NCBI RefSeq assembly: GCF_009914755.1
Contig: NC_060928.1
Strand: one strand, 5' to 3'
Length of the DNA: 64,000 bases
From: the human T2T-CHM13v2.0 reference genome, Homo sapiens
This document shows, in pieces, positions 30,854-44,358 of the stretch (positions are counted from its first letter, which is position 1; each line of letters begins with the position of its first letter). The notes beneath the pieces are model-generated. The model ran no database searches. It was not told where the DNA came from and saw only the letters and a list, made by a program, of their open reading frames with translations. Made by a program: the position numbers and the translations under genes.

Positions 30854-31630
30854 TGATACAGGATATTTCCCCGGACCCTTCACGGGACTCGCGACAGAGG
30901 TGCCTTGTTTACTCAGCCAGCTGCTCTCAATTCCTCACAGGAGGGAGCATGCAAACGAATGAGTACAGGAAATGGAGTGAGCGAATGCAGGAACCAGCCA
31001 ACTGCTTTTGTAGGCTAGCAGGAGCAAACTTCATGCGGTACCCCCAGCAGCATCCCTGTGGGGTTATGTGCGACCCCCAAAACCCCAGGGGCAGGTTACC
31101 GTCTCTTTTACCTCTGACATTGCAGCTCAGTGGGCCCTTTGCCTTGACAGCCTTTTGTATCTACACTCGTGTCTCCTGAGCTCTTGTCTGGCATCCAGGG
31201 AAAATGAGGTTGCACAAGCGAATTGAAAGATGGTAAACGCAGGGGATTTTATTGCTGATGAAAGTGGCTCTCAGCGGGAAGGGGAGCTGAAATGGGGAGG
31301 GACAGATAGGTAATCTTCCCCTGGAGTCTGGCTCTCTCCTGGGGGACTCTTCTCTGAAGGTATGCCATCAAGCTGTCCCTCTGAAGTCAAGCCACTTCTC
31401 TCTGATATCTAGCCACAGTCCATTCTACCACCTGTGTCTGGGATTTTTACAGGCACAGGATAGGGAGGGGCGGGGTCATGAGTTTAGAAAAAGGCAACAT
31501 TTGAGTGGGTAAACGGGGATGTAAGTTGTCACTTTGGGCCGCAGTTTCAGGCTTTTTGGCTTGAGGGTGGGGTTTTCACTGGGAACCTGCCCTTTTATGC
31601 CTAGAATTTCTCTGCGTCCTGTCCCCATCA
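30854..31630 (-). mobile_element. Solo ERV1-class LTR (LTR27/LTR28/LTR1 group)
   Basis: TG...CA ends with 4-bp TSD ctta (30850-30853 / 31631-31634); cactttgggccgcagtttcaggctttttggcttgagggtgggg and cctagaatttctctg; locally GC- and CpG-richer. Confidence 0.82.
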
Positions 31631-32264
31631 CTTATAGACCTCTTAAAAGGGATACTGAAATGCATCTTTAAGTATGTCAAGCCAAAACATCAGAAATTCA
31701 CAATATGGTCCCCTGTATAATTTAAGTAAAATTGAAGGGCATGACCCTGATTTTCACTAGTGGTTGATTAACAAACAGCCATTCTCATTTACTACAAAGC
31801 TGTTACTGAAGATCTAGTTTATCACATTCTTTCTGTCACCTATAAATAAAACTTTGGTTGCAAAGTCTTCATCTAGTATCAGAGGTGAGTTCCTTTTATC
31901 TTCTGATTTGCTTCTCACTTCTAACTTAGACCATGGGGCAAAGTTTTAGCTTTCTATGGGAAATCATTAATACAAATAAAAACAAAATAGAACACATCAA
32001 AAACCTTAATACTAAATATGGAGATTGGAAGCAAAGTCAAGGTTATCACATTATATATAAATCATGATAATCCTCAAAATATGATTACTATACATCAAAA
32101 CTTCCCTACTTTACTAAGGTGGCATTCACACAAATCTTAACAGTGCAATGTGGCAATTAATAGGCTGAGAGATGTAAGAGTGGAGGAAGTATCCTCAAGC
32201 AAAATTGAAATGAAATATAGAAGAGTGAGATGTAAAACTTGATATCTGTTAGGATTTACAATTT

Positions 32265-32745
32265 TGTTATGATTTTCTCATGGACTTCTTGATCCCCGAT
32301 CCTTTCCTCACTCTTCAGCTGCTTTGGTCGGATCTCTGGTGGGAGGACTGGCCTCTGATGGTTATGTTTTTCCATCTCCTGGGTCATGTTTTTCCGTCTC
32401 CTGTGTCAGCTGACTTCCGGAGAAAGACCGGAGGAGCTGGGAAGAAGGGAGAAACAGGATATAACTTCCCTTCTCTCTCTGCATTGGGCAGTGACTTCAG
32501 AGCAGCTCTCTCCTTTGTGGCTCCCTACCTTTGCCACTGTCTGACTCAGGTAGCACTGCTAACCTCCCATGTCCTTCCAGCCTAGCAGGGGTAGCTGCTT
32601 TGTGCTGTTATTAATCTTTAGTTTGCTTCATTGCCCTTTTTGGCTTCTTAGCTCTTTTCTGTTACCTGTGCAATGAAGTCCTACTTAATTCTCACCTGGT
32701 TAAAACGCATAGAATGGTTTATGGTTGTACCTGGGTGGCTACAGG
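32265..32745 (+). mobile_element. Solo ERVL LTR, LTR33-like
   Basis: ggaagaagggagaaacaggatata...tctctctctgcattggg; ccttccagcctagcaggggtagctgctttgtgctgttattaatct. Confidence 0.7.
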
Positions 32746-32834
32746 TACCGTAAGTATACTTCCATTCATTGCAACAACAACAAAAAAGTCCCTGACAAAT
32801 AATGGTCTTTATACCATTAAATTAAAAAAAAAAT

Positions 32835-32912
32835 CCTCAAGATTATTCGCATTTTATAGATAGGAAAGATTAGCTCAGCAAGAATAGGTAACTTGCTTGT
32901 AATCACGTATCT
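32835..32912 (-). mobile_element. MIR core fragment
   Basis: cattttatagataggaaag...gtaacttgcttgtaatcac. Confidence 0.55.
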
Positions 32913-32934
32913 CATGCATAGCTTACATGAGGAG

Positions 32935-33155
32935 GGTGACTGCTAAACCCAGACAACCCGGATTTGAATCCTGACTCCAGCTTTTATTATACAGGCAAGT
33001 TACTTAAACAACCTGTGCTCAATTTTCTCATTTATAGGTTAGGGACTTTATAACTACCTCAGAAGGGTATTGTGAAGATTAAATAAATTATTGATTTATT
33101 GCTCAGAAAAGTTACTGACACATAGTATATGCTCAATAAAAGCTAGCTATTATTA
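32935..33155 (+). mobile_element. MIR
   Basis: ggatttgaatcctgactcc, ggcaagttacttaa, tgtgaagattaaat, acacatagtatatgctcaataaa...tattatt. Confidence 0.85.
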
Positions 33156-35166
33156 GCCATGTGGCTTCAGTAGTGTTATTAATTACTTTGAAATGAGAAA
33201 ACACGCTACAAAAATTGCTTCTTGGATTTGTAGCCCAGTGTGTGTTTTGAGAAGAAACAGTTGCAAATGTATGACATAATATTGAACAATAACTTCTAAT
33301 TTGGTTAAAAATCTGGTCTTCTACTGCTGATTATCAGAACAGTTTAGAAAAGCAAGATTGATTTCTTTTGTGGAATAGTCAAGAGAATACCACAATGGCC
33401 TAAGGCACCAAATGATTGCAAACCATCTTCCTGCAATTAAAATGGCCAGAGCTGACCTGCTCTTTATTAAACATTAATCTTTGGCTTCTTCTGAATGCAT
33501 CAGTGAGTTCAAGGTCTGGATATGTATGACTCATGCAAGCTCTGTGCCATTAAGCTGTTTTATAGGAGAAAAGTATTCTTCATTGCAATGAGCCTGACAC
33601 TTGAGTTTCTTTGTATAATTTGAAATTTGGCAGCTCAGTGTATACTTAAATGAAAAATGCTTTTTTCTAACCATCATCTAGATGATAGAAACATTGTTTT
33701 CACCATTTAAATAATTGTACAGAAAACAATGTGGTCTGAAAATATCATGAATATATATATATATTTTACTTATAATACCATTAGCACATTTCATTTTTTT
33801 AGTATTTCTTTGCTCAATATTTATATTTGGAAACATCTCAACAGCTGCAAATTATATGGATAAGTTAAATTATGCTATTTATTTGCAATCACGTGGAAGA
33901 AAAAGCAAATGCATATATTGTAAACAAAAATTTTCTATGAATTACATTTGTGTATTTTATAATGATTCTGAGGCATGAGTGTATCTCTATGCAATATAAA
34001 ATAAAGTGGAGTGAAATAACTAATGAATAGCCAGGCAGATCATTATACCAAATATTTTGGCTTTTCTTATATATATACTCATATGTTTTTACCATCTGCA
34101 AAAATATGATTGTTTTCTATAGAAAATTTCCTCAATTTCTTCTATTCTGTAATCATGTTCTGTAACCTATTCTGTAACCTTTTTCATGACTACAAAAGCT
34201 AACATGTCAATTCTGGTTATTTTGACTATTAAATGAATAGGAGATTTTGAAACTAATTTTGTAGCTGGGTATCACATATCCCCAATGAATATTAATTTGA
34301 AACTTATGGCTAGAAGTATGGCTTTTGTTTTTAGCATTACAATGCTTTATTTTCTTAGCTGAATCTTTAATATAAATGAATACATGATTTTTTCTGTACT
34401 TTTGCGAATGATTACACACAGTCAAAAATCCATGTATAATTTTGATATCCCTAAAACTTAACTACTGCTAACAAGAAGCCTGACCAATAACATAGTCAAT
34501 TAACACGTATTTTGTGTATCTATTATATATTGTATTGTTACAATATATGCATTATATACTGTAAACTAAAGAAAATGTTGTTACAAAATCATAAGGAAGC
34601 GAAAATGTATTTACTATTCATCAAGTTAAAATGGATCACCATAAATGTCTTCATTCTCGTCATCTTCATGTTAAGTAGGCTGAGGAGGAGGAGGAGAAAG
34701 AGGAGAGTTTGTCTCCCTGTTTCAGGAGTGGCAAGAGTTAGATGAGATGGAGGAGGTAGAAGGGGAGGCAGAGGAGCCAGGCACAGTTGGGGTAACTTTA
34801 TAGAAATTCATCATAATATATGACTTTTTACTTTTTCATTTCTCTGAAAATATTTCTATACAGTACTAATCTTCCTTCCACCATATGCTTTAGTTTTGTA
34901 TCATACAAGGATCCATGTTGTAAAAGAAGTCAAAAACATCTTGAAAAATGAGAACCCCTCTGCTAGATTAACTTACAGCAACTTGCTTCTGGCACTGCTT
35001 CTTCCATGTCTTTGTTTTTATCTTTTGGTACTACTTTGGAAGCACTCATCTCCAACAGGTCTTCTCCAACAGGTCTTCTTCCATTAATTCCTCTGGTGTG
35101 GTGTCTATTAGCTCTTGAATTTCTCCAAGATTCATATGTTGCAACCGTTCACCCCTCACCTTTTTT

Positions 35167-36225
35167 ATGGTTAAATTTATTTTTATTTTATTTTTATTAT
35201 ACTTTAAGTTCTGGGATACATGTGCAGAACGTGCAGGTTTGTTACATAGGTATACATGTGCCATGGTGGTTTGCTGCACCCATCAACCTGTCATATACAT
35301 TAGATATTTCTCCTAATGTTATCCCTCCCCTAGCCCCCCACCCCCCGACAGGCCCTGGTGTGTGATGTTCCCCTCCCTGTGTCCATGTGTTCTCATTGTT
35401 CAACTCCCACTTATGAGTAAGAACATGCAGTGTTTGGTTTTCTGTTCCCGTGTTAGTTTGCTAAGAATGATGGTTTCCAGCTTCATCCATGTCCCTGCAA
35501 AGGACATGAACTCATCCTTTTATGGCTGCATAGTATTCCATGGTGTATATATGACACATTTTCTTTATCCAGCCTATCATTGATGGGCATTTGGGTTGGT
35601 TCCATGTCTTTGCTGTTGCAAATAGTGCTGCAATAAACATACATGTGCATGTGTCTTTATAGTAGAATGATTTATAATCCTTTGGGTATATACCTAGTAA
35701 TGGCATTGCTGGGTCAAATGGTATTTCTGGCTCTAGATCCTTGAGGAATCACCACAATGTCTTCCACAATAGTTGAACTAATTTACACTTCCACCAACAG
35801 TGTAAAAGCGTTATTTCTCCACATCCTCTCCAACATCTGTTGTTTCCTGACTTTTTAATGATTGCCATTCTACCTGGCATGAGATAGTATCTCACTGTGG
35901 TTTTGATTTGCATTTCTCTAATAACCAGTGATAATGAGTTTTTCATATGTTTGTTGGCCGCATAAATGTCTTCTTCCGAGAAGTGTCTGTTCATATCCTT
36001 TGCCCACTTTTTGATGGTATTGTGTTTTTTTTCCTTGTAAATTTGTTTAAGTTCCTTGTAGATTCTGGATATTAGCCTTTTGTCAGATGGATAGATTGCA
36101 AAAATTTTCTCCCATTCTGTAGGTTGCCTTTTCACTCTGATGATAGTTTCTTTTGCTGTGCAGAAGCTCTTTAGTTTAATTAAATCTCATTTGTCAATTT
36201 TGCATCAAAAGCAATGGCAACAAAA
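35167..36225 (-). mobile_element. 5'-truncated L1PA7-like element with a 23-bp 5' inversion
   Basis: 3'UTR ttctgggatacatgtgcagaacgtgc; ORF2 C-terminal ORFs 35512-35706 and 35749-36135; TSD acctttttt (35158-35166 / from 36226). Confidence 0.93.
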
Positions 36226-37330
36226 ACCTTTTTTTTTTTTTTTCATAGCCACAGTCTGTTCCATAATTTCCTGGATTGGCTCTGTCATAAATTCTGTGAA
36301 ATCAGGCACAACATAGTCTTCTCCAGCAGGAATTTATTGTTTTGGATTTGATGGCTTTCATGGCCTTTTCTATGATGATGATAACATACCCAATGGTGTA
36401 ATTCTTCTAGGCTTTTATGATGTTCTCTCTATTGGGGTTCTCTTCCATAGCATTGACAATCGTTTTTATAGAGTACCACGTGTGAAGAGTTAAAAGATCC
36501 TTATGACTTGTGATCTAGATGCAGAATTAGAGACATTGTGTTTGGGGGCACGTAGACCACTTTGACATCTTCAGTGTTGAACTGATGGGGTTCTGGGTGG
36601 CCTGAGGCATTGCACATTATCAAAAGAATTTTAAAAGGTAGTCCCTCACTGTAAAGGTGCTTCCTGACTTCAGGGACAAAGCACCAATGAAACTAATTCA
36701 GAAAAAGTGTTCTTATGCTGGCATTATTGTTTATAAACCAAAGACTGGCAGCTTGTGTTTATCTTTTTCCTTCAAGGCTCAGAGATTAACAGCTTTATAG
36801 ATAAAGGCAGTACTGATCATATTCCTGACTGCATTTGCACAAAACAGTAGAGATAGCCCATCCCTTCCTGGCTAAATCCTAGTGCTAACTTACCTTCCTT
36901 ACTAATAAATGTCCTTTATGGCATTTAATCCCCTAGAACAGGGCATTTTTGTCTGCATTAAAAATCTATTCAGGCAGGAGTCTTTTCTCCTCAGTAATTT
37001 TCTTAATGGCATCTTGGAACTCATCTACTGCCTCTTGGTCAACAAAAGCTACTTACCCTGTTACCTTGACATTTTTAAAACCAAACCTCTTCCTAAAATT
37101 ATCAAGCCATCCTTTGCTGGCATTAAATTCTCCAGCTTTAGATCCTTCACCTTCCTTTTGCTTTACATTGTCATATATGTCACATAATGACTTCACTTTT
37201 TCTAGAATCATATTAGAGTCTATCTATAAAAAAGCCTTTCTTGTAGTAATCCTGCACCCACAGTAAATACTGCAGTTTCAATATAAGATAAAAAGATATT
37301 TTGTAAAAAGGGCAGAGTTTTCACATCTCC

Positions 37331-37561
37331 TCATGCAGATGCAGCAAGGGCTTCTTGGATTTCCTTTACTTTTTTACCAAGAGCTCTAACGCTGGATTCA
37401 TTTACCTTGAAATGGTGGGCAACTGCAGTTGCAGACCTCAGTCTATGATACATGTCAAGCAATTCAACTCTTTCTTGTAATTTAATGACTTTTCTATGCT
37501 TCTTGGGAGCACTTTCAGCATCACTAGTGGCACTACATATAGGTCCCAGGATGTTTGTCAA
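37331..37561 (-). pseudogene. Tigger2 transposase N-terminal (CENP-B/psq-type HTH) fragment
   Basis: SAPKKHRKVIKLQERVELLDMYHRLRSATAVAHHFKVNESSVR is a pogo/Tigger HTH pattern; premature stop. Confidence 0.82.
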
Positions 37562-39064
37562 GGTTTACAATATTGCACTAAACAAAATAAAAAATACACA
37601 AGAATCCTAAAGGATTACTTTTTACTGTAATACATAATTTACTGAGGAGACAAACTGCTCACGCAGAGAAAACTAGTGTCACAGGGTGTTTTAGGCAGAC
37701 ACTTGAAAAACTTGAGCTCACCCTAATAGCAACAGGAGGTGGTTATGAAATTATTGCAGTAGTATGGTATGTATTATAGTATACATTTAATGCAGGTATA
37801 ATTTAATAGTACATCTTCACATTTGTTTACATCTCTCTCAGCTGCAAATGGTGCCTTGTATGGTCTGTAATATTTGTGTGTGTAAATTTTGATAAATATT
37901 AACTTTTTATAATAGATTTGTGCATATTTTATGGTAGTAAAATTTTAAAATAGACTATGTCTATATATATTTAATGAACTCATGACATATCTAACTTTTT
38001 CCTAATTTTTTGGTATTTCTAGGTCACATGATTCATCTGTGAGTTTTTCCAAATTGTTAAAAATCTCCAAAAACTTTTCTAATATAGTTATTGAAAAAAT
38101 TTTCATGTAAGTGGACCCACACAGTTTAAACCCATACTTTTCAAAGGTCAATGGTACACTACTCATGGACCAGAATTATTGTCCTTTATGCATGTTTTTG
38201 CTATGGGAGAACAGAGCTATTTACTGCTGTCTCTTTAATCATGGAAGTTAATTAATGATAATGTCTTATAAAAATTAATATCCAGTCTTTATGAGGCAGA
38301 TAGTCAAATAAATGTCCAAATTCAATGACAATTTAAAATTAAACCTAGAAGTCAAAGTCAGTGTTTTTGAAAGGAAATGTAGCACACATCTACCCTTTAC
38401 ATATTCCAGGTTGGTAAACTGTATGTATTAGCAACCATGATTTATAATGCAATAGAAAGACAGGCTGAGTTTACACTAAGTGTTTCTAAGAATGAAATTT
38501 ATGAGGGCAACAAGGCTGAAAAAAACACTTTCAAAAATATCATTTTCTTTAAAATTTAAAACTAATAAAGATGTGAAATACTTTATAATTCAAAATAAAA
38601 TAAAAACAAATCTTTCTGCAAATATTTTCATTCATCATGAGCATGCGTTAGCATAACTAACAACAGATTAACAAAAATGAGTAGAACATTATGACACACC
38701 TAAATACATTATGTGAGATAAACTAAAGGACATTTCCTACTACTTTTCTTATATCAGTTATGCCATTTGCTGAGGCAACTTGTCAATGATGACATCAATT
38801 TCATCCTAAAAGAAATTTCAATTGAATCTAACCTCTTTATTGAACAAATAAACAAACTGGAGTCTTGAGGGATTTAATGGCTCTCCCAAAAACATATCAT
38901 AAACAGAACAAAAGTTTGATTTTTGTCAAATTATCATAAGACAAACTAAAGTGACAAATCCCCTATCATAAGTGAATTAATTTTTAAGATTATATGCAGA
39001 CTCTCAAAGTGTCTTTTAGATCCATATAAAAAGTGAACATGTGTTCACTTTCAGGCTTTGCCCA

Positions 39065-39222
39065 TCAGGCTATTAGATCTTAGGCAAGACCCCTAAGTTT
39101 CTGAGACTTCATATACTAAATACAGTGTATTTATAATGAGGATTACTAGAGATGTGAGAATTAGGGATTGTAAAGCAAAGTGCCAGCAGTATCTGCTACA
39201 TAGCTATAGCTCAATAACTGGT
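39065..39222 (+). mobile_element. MIR fragment
   Basis: gatcttaggcaag...ctgagacttca...gtaaagc...acatagctatagctcaataa. Confidence 0.55.
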
Positions 39223-40144
39223 CATCTTGGAAAATCTACTACTTAAAGTAAGGATAAAGAAGATCATAAAATGTAAGTTCTTGTTTTATTTTATATTTTC
39301 CCTGTCTTTTCTGTACTATCATCTAGTCATATGTTGTATTCCTTTCGTCTTATACATCTACTTCACAGGTCATGTTGTTATTTACATTCTTAATTCCATA
39401 CTTCAGTGGCCTCTTCTCACTGCATTTTTATTGGATATTATTCATAAAATATGCAGAGTGTATAAATAATATGGAGCTGTAATAATATGGAGCTGTATGT
39501 ATTCTGAGTTTAAAGGTTTTTGTTAACAGCTGCTAAGACCCACATCTAATTTAGGATGATTCATACTGTTAGAAACATACACGCTATAAGAAGACCAAAA
39601 TTCTCTTGGTTTTAAAATGATATTATTATGTATTATTATTAATAGTATTAGTAACTCTTGGGCATGAAAGAATAAATTTGAGTGCTAACACATATTCTTG
39701 AGTTCTGTATAAATTTAATTTTATTAGTTCTGAAGATAAGATATTAAAAAAGATGCCATAAGGGAGATATGAGGATAATCACATCCTGACAGCTTCTTGC
39801 TGGGCTTGTTTCCTGCTCAAAAAGACCTAATCAAAGTTTATTAAGTAAAATTCACAGCAGTAGTGCAAGCATCCAATAACATGTATGCACCATGAAAATA
39901 TATAACATATTATAGAACACTGCCCTTTCAATCAGAATTTGGAGAACAGTGCCTGGTACTTTGTCATCTACTTCCTCTGTGAAGACATGAGAAAGCTGCT
40001 ACAGCTTCTTCTCAAACTTCTGTGACTCATATCTTGGGGACTAATGGCTGGTGGACATCCTTGAGGGCTATGGCAGCAACTGTGGGTGGTCCTGGTGGCT
40101 ATACCAGTTATCAGGGTCACATACAATTTTAGCAAAAGCTTACT

Positions 40145-40392
40145 AATAATTATAACACTAGTAGTTTCTGTTTATTAAATTATTATGAATTAAGAATTGT
40201 GCCAAGCCATATAAATCATCTGATATAACCTCAGTACAAATATACAAAATAGGTCATATTATTATTACCATTTTACAAAAGTGAAAGGTGACTATGATTA
40301 ACTTCATTAAAAGCTGAGAGCTAGTAGTGGCAAAAACAGGATAAGGGCTATTACAAAATCCTAAACCCTTGGCCACTGCACTGTACTGCTTC
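40145..40392 (-). mobile_element. MIR
   Basis: tgtgccaagc, attattattaccattttacaaa, gctagtagtggcaaaa, ccactgcactgtactgc. Confidence 0.65.
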
Positions 40393-41582
40393 TGCCCAAC
40401 TGGTCTTAACTTTATTATATTTTAATAAATATTTTTCTAAGCCAGGTGATAACTGGCTCAGGAACTATACATTGCACTTGATGTTCAGTCTAGGATATCC
40501 CTCGTGAAATTGATTCCTGTCTGTTCTGCAGCCTTAGCTACTGAAAAGTTCAATTATTTAGAATACAATAGACTTATTTATTAATTTCTGTGTCTAAGGC
40601 TTCTGTCTAAAATCATTTTCAAACTTGGAAAAGTACTTTAAATTTTCCAAGATTTGGGGATATGATGAAATTTCTTTTTTGAGTAAAGACTACACTATAA
40701 TTTTCTCCACATGCATGAAAGGCATAAAAGATGCAGACAGAACAGAAATCAAAGGAGCATCACAGTAGAAAAACTAGTGGCAAGCAAAAATTCAGCTTCA
40801 GTAAATGAATAGTTGATTCATCAGACTTTTTCTTTGAAGTTTGATCTAAAGGAATAACAACAAAATGAGGCGCAGAGGGGGAAAAAAACTTGCTTCAACA
40901 AGAGCAAAACTAAATCTAAATTAGGTAATTTTCTCTTTTTTAAATAAACCAAAAAAGCCAACTTCAGGATGGAGGTATAGTTATGCAAGAGGACCATTTC
41001 TAGGAGCTTAAATTAGAATAGAGGAAATCCCCATTTTTAAAATAGGCTGATATCAAAGGAAATGTCCCTTGATTCAGTCATGACACCAATGTGATCAGAT
41101 GCTCTGATCACTAATGCACTCCAGGGCAAAGTCATTTGACATTTCCTTCAGAAATACAGAGAGATGTTTGGAATTATTTAGAAGAAACAGCCTCATTTGA
41201 AAATTGTAGGTCTGTCCTGGCTGTGAGAAGAATGTTAATCATGCCCATTTGGGGAAATTTACTAACATTTTGCATGTAAATGGAATTTAGTTAACTGAAT
41301 TTTCTGAATACTCGGGACAGGCAAAAACTTCTAAACCACCTGGGGCTTGGTTAGCTTGAACCTGAAAGCAAAGGAAAGCTGGTTGTATGTATTCCACTTA
41401 TTTATCAAATATTTACTGAGCTCCACAACTGACAATATGAGAGTGGCTTAAGGGAGTGACCTCAGAGTTTTAAAGGATAAATATAAGAGTTTTCCAGAAA
41501 TATGAAGGTGAATCAGAATCCTAGGACGAAGTAAGAGCAGGTAAAGTGAGTGGAGAAATAATCAAGGGTCTAACTATTACCT

Positions 41583-41748
41583 GAGGTTCTTGAATCACCT
41601 ACACTAAAATTACCTGAAGTGTTTGTTAAAAATGTGGTTACTATGCCTTTTCTCATGCCAAGTGAATCACAATCAATGATAGTAGGAAGCATTTATAATA
41701 GACATACCTCAGCTGCTTTTATAAACATTAAGATTTGAGAATTGTTGC
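41583..41748. mobile_element. MER5-like hAT MITE
   Basis: aaattacctgaagtgtttgttaaaaatg...tgaatcacaatc...aagatttgagaattgttg. Confidence 0.6.
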
Positions 41749-41899
41749 TATTTGTAATAGAAGCATATGCATTCAAACAACAGAATTTCACAATTTGTTT
41801 TACATTTACAAAGGCTATGCTAGTGGCCTATGGATAGTTAAGAAAAAATTGCACGTGACAAGAGACCCATTTCGAAGACAGATGCATGGATCCTTACTT

Positions 41900-43566
41900 T
41901 CTTTCTCTTTTCAACCTACTTCATTCTGGCTTTTGTTCCTAAGCTCTCGCTTGCCCAGGTTACCAAGGATCTTTAGGCTGCCAAATCATTCATTCTCAAC
42001 CTGAATCTCAGCAGGACTTGAAAATATTGCCCTACTCGAAAACACTTAATTTTCTTGGCTCTCAAAAAAAGACTTAGTATTTATTTTTTTCAGCCTCCTC
42101 TTCTTTTACTTTACTGAATCCTTCAGAACCCTGAACTCTTTTCCTCCTATACTTAATTTTTGAAACAGTAGCTTTAAATGATCAGCCATATGATCAGACC
42201 TCCACATATCTATCTCTAAGCCCTCTCTTTCTCTTTTGCTTTACACTTGTACATTCAAAAATCTACTCGAAATCTCTACTTTAAAGTCTACTGGAGTCAG
42301 CCACAATGGCTCACACCTGTAATCCCAGCACTTTGGGAGGCTGAGGCAGGTGATCACCTGAGGCGAGGAGTTCGAAACCAGCCTGGCCAACATGGCAAAA
42401 CCTTGTCTCTACAAAAAATATTAAAAAAAAAAAATAGCCAGGCATGGTGGCATTTGCCTGTAATTCTAGTTACTTGGGAAGCTGAGGCATGAGAATCCCT
42501 TGAGCCCACGAGGTGGAGGTTGCGGTGAGTGGATATCATGCACTACAGCCTGGGTGACAGAGTGAGAACCTGTCTCAATAAATAAATACATACATAAATA
42601 CAAATACATAAATAAAGTCTATTGGGAATCTCAAATGTTTTATGTTTAAAAGGGAATCCCCTAACCCAAACCTGTTCCTTCCCTAGTCCCACCCATCTTG
42701 GATAATGGCACTCACACTTCATCAGGTCAATGCAAAGTAATCATCCTTATTTCCTTTAACTCTTTTTTTTTTTTTTTTCATATTTCATGGCTAATCCATC
42801 AGTAAGCCCGCTGGCACTTTACTTTCCTATATCCCAAACCTGACAACTTCTCACCAACTCCATGGCTACCATTCTAATTCAAGCTGCCAGCAATCCCTCT
42901 TGCCTAGATAATGGCAGTAGTCACCTAACTGATTTCCCTGCCTGTATACTTGCCCCATATGGCAAAGTTTCCATAGTTACTCTGAGTGATCTTTAAGGAC
43001 ATAGATCAGAAAACGCCGCTATCCTGCTCAAAATCTTTCAAAGTCTATCATCCTTAAAATAAAATCCACAGTACTTACCAAGGCCCACATCTCTCTTAGC
43101 AACATTTCCCTATACTTAGACTTTGCTTATACTGTTTCAACTACAGTGGTCTTGCTGTTAAACACACTAAGTTTGCTTTCCTTTGGAGACTGGTATTTAT
43201 GGTTACCTCTGGCTGGAATGCTCTTTTCCTAGATATCAGCATATTTTTCTGCCTCATTTTATTATGATCTCTGCTCAAATAAAACTTCCTTTAAATGTTC
43301 TTTTATGACCACCTTACTTATACAATTCTCTCTCCTCCATATTACTCTATATTCCCTTACCATGCTTTATTTTATTCATAGCATTATCTCCACTTAACAC
43401 TGTATCTTGTAGATATTTACTTGCTTATATATTGTCTCTCTTTCATATAGAAATATACACTCCATAGGAGTAAGTACATTATCTCACACACTTTTTTTAA
43501 TCCCCTGTGCCTGGAATAGCCTAGTACATAAAAGGCAGACAAAGAATATTTGTTAACTGAATGAAT
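41900..43566 (+). mobile_element. L2 (L2a-like) split by an Alu
   Basis: aacctgttccttccc, taatccatcagtaag, cctaactgatttccctgcc, tcctgctcaaaatc, tggaatgctctt, gtgcctggaatagcctagtacata...tatttgttaactgaatgaat. Confidence 0.8.
42295..42612 (+). mobile_element. Alu (old S/Jb-like) with (TAAA/TACA)n tail
   Basis: TSD taaagtctactgg (42282-42294) / taaagtctattgg (42613-42625). Confidence 0.92.
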
Positions 43567-44358
43567 CTTTTGTATGTAAAATGTTGAAGCCTTTAACAAT
43601 GGCATTGTGAGTAAGGGTGATGAGAAAAGAGAAAAGGACGATTCTGCTCTGTAAAATAAAAAGTCATTTTACTATATTTTACTATTATTATAGTATAATA
43701 TGATAAGATGAAAAACTAGAAAATGTAAAAAATGTCAGCACATCTATTATAGAAATGACTATACAAAGGATAAAATGGTTAATCTACCCAAAAGAATGGG
43801 ATATCAGCAGATTTGTGTTTGAAGCATTCTTGAAAGTGGAGTTTGTACAGAGGAACAGGAGGTGAAGGTGAAAACAAAAGGGGAAGAGATGAGTTCAACA
43901 GACATTCTATGTATAGAGACTGACATTAAAAATCTTGGAGATTTGGCAAAGCTGAAAATAATTAATCGTACTAAACCATGAGATAGAAAATTAGGGAAAA
44001 TTGTAAAGTAAGCAATAAGGGTGGAAAATACATCATATCCCAGGCTATTTGTACCCTTGAAGACCATATATAAGTTGCTGGATTAATCTAAAATAAGGAT
44101 TGAGGGGTGTTGGAGAGTTTTAATCAGAGACAGGAATCCATACTGGATGTTTGTTGCTCTTGTCACTGCAGAACTGAATAGATTTGAGAAGTACCAAAGA
44201 GTTTGGACAGGTTCCCAACTCCAATTATTGTGGCTGAAATGGAACAGATAATATATCTTCCTGCTCCCTCAGCAGCCAAGGCAAGAATATATGGCTTAGA
44301 TTCAGCCAACTGGCTGCTTGATTCTCAAGGGACAGAGTCTTTATGGTGATAGTAGAAG

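Larger units (their letters stand above)
34419..38154 (-). mobile_element. Near-full-length Tigger2 DNA transposon, interrupted by an L1PA
   Basis: End gtaagtggacccacacagtttaaaccc...tcaaaggtcaatgg-ta at 38106-38156; transposase N-terminus ORF at 37331-37561; about 2.7 kb after removing the L1; opposite TIR not visible. Confidence 0.9.
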
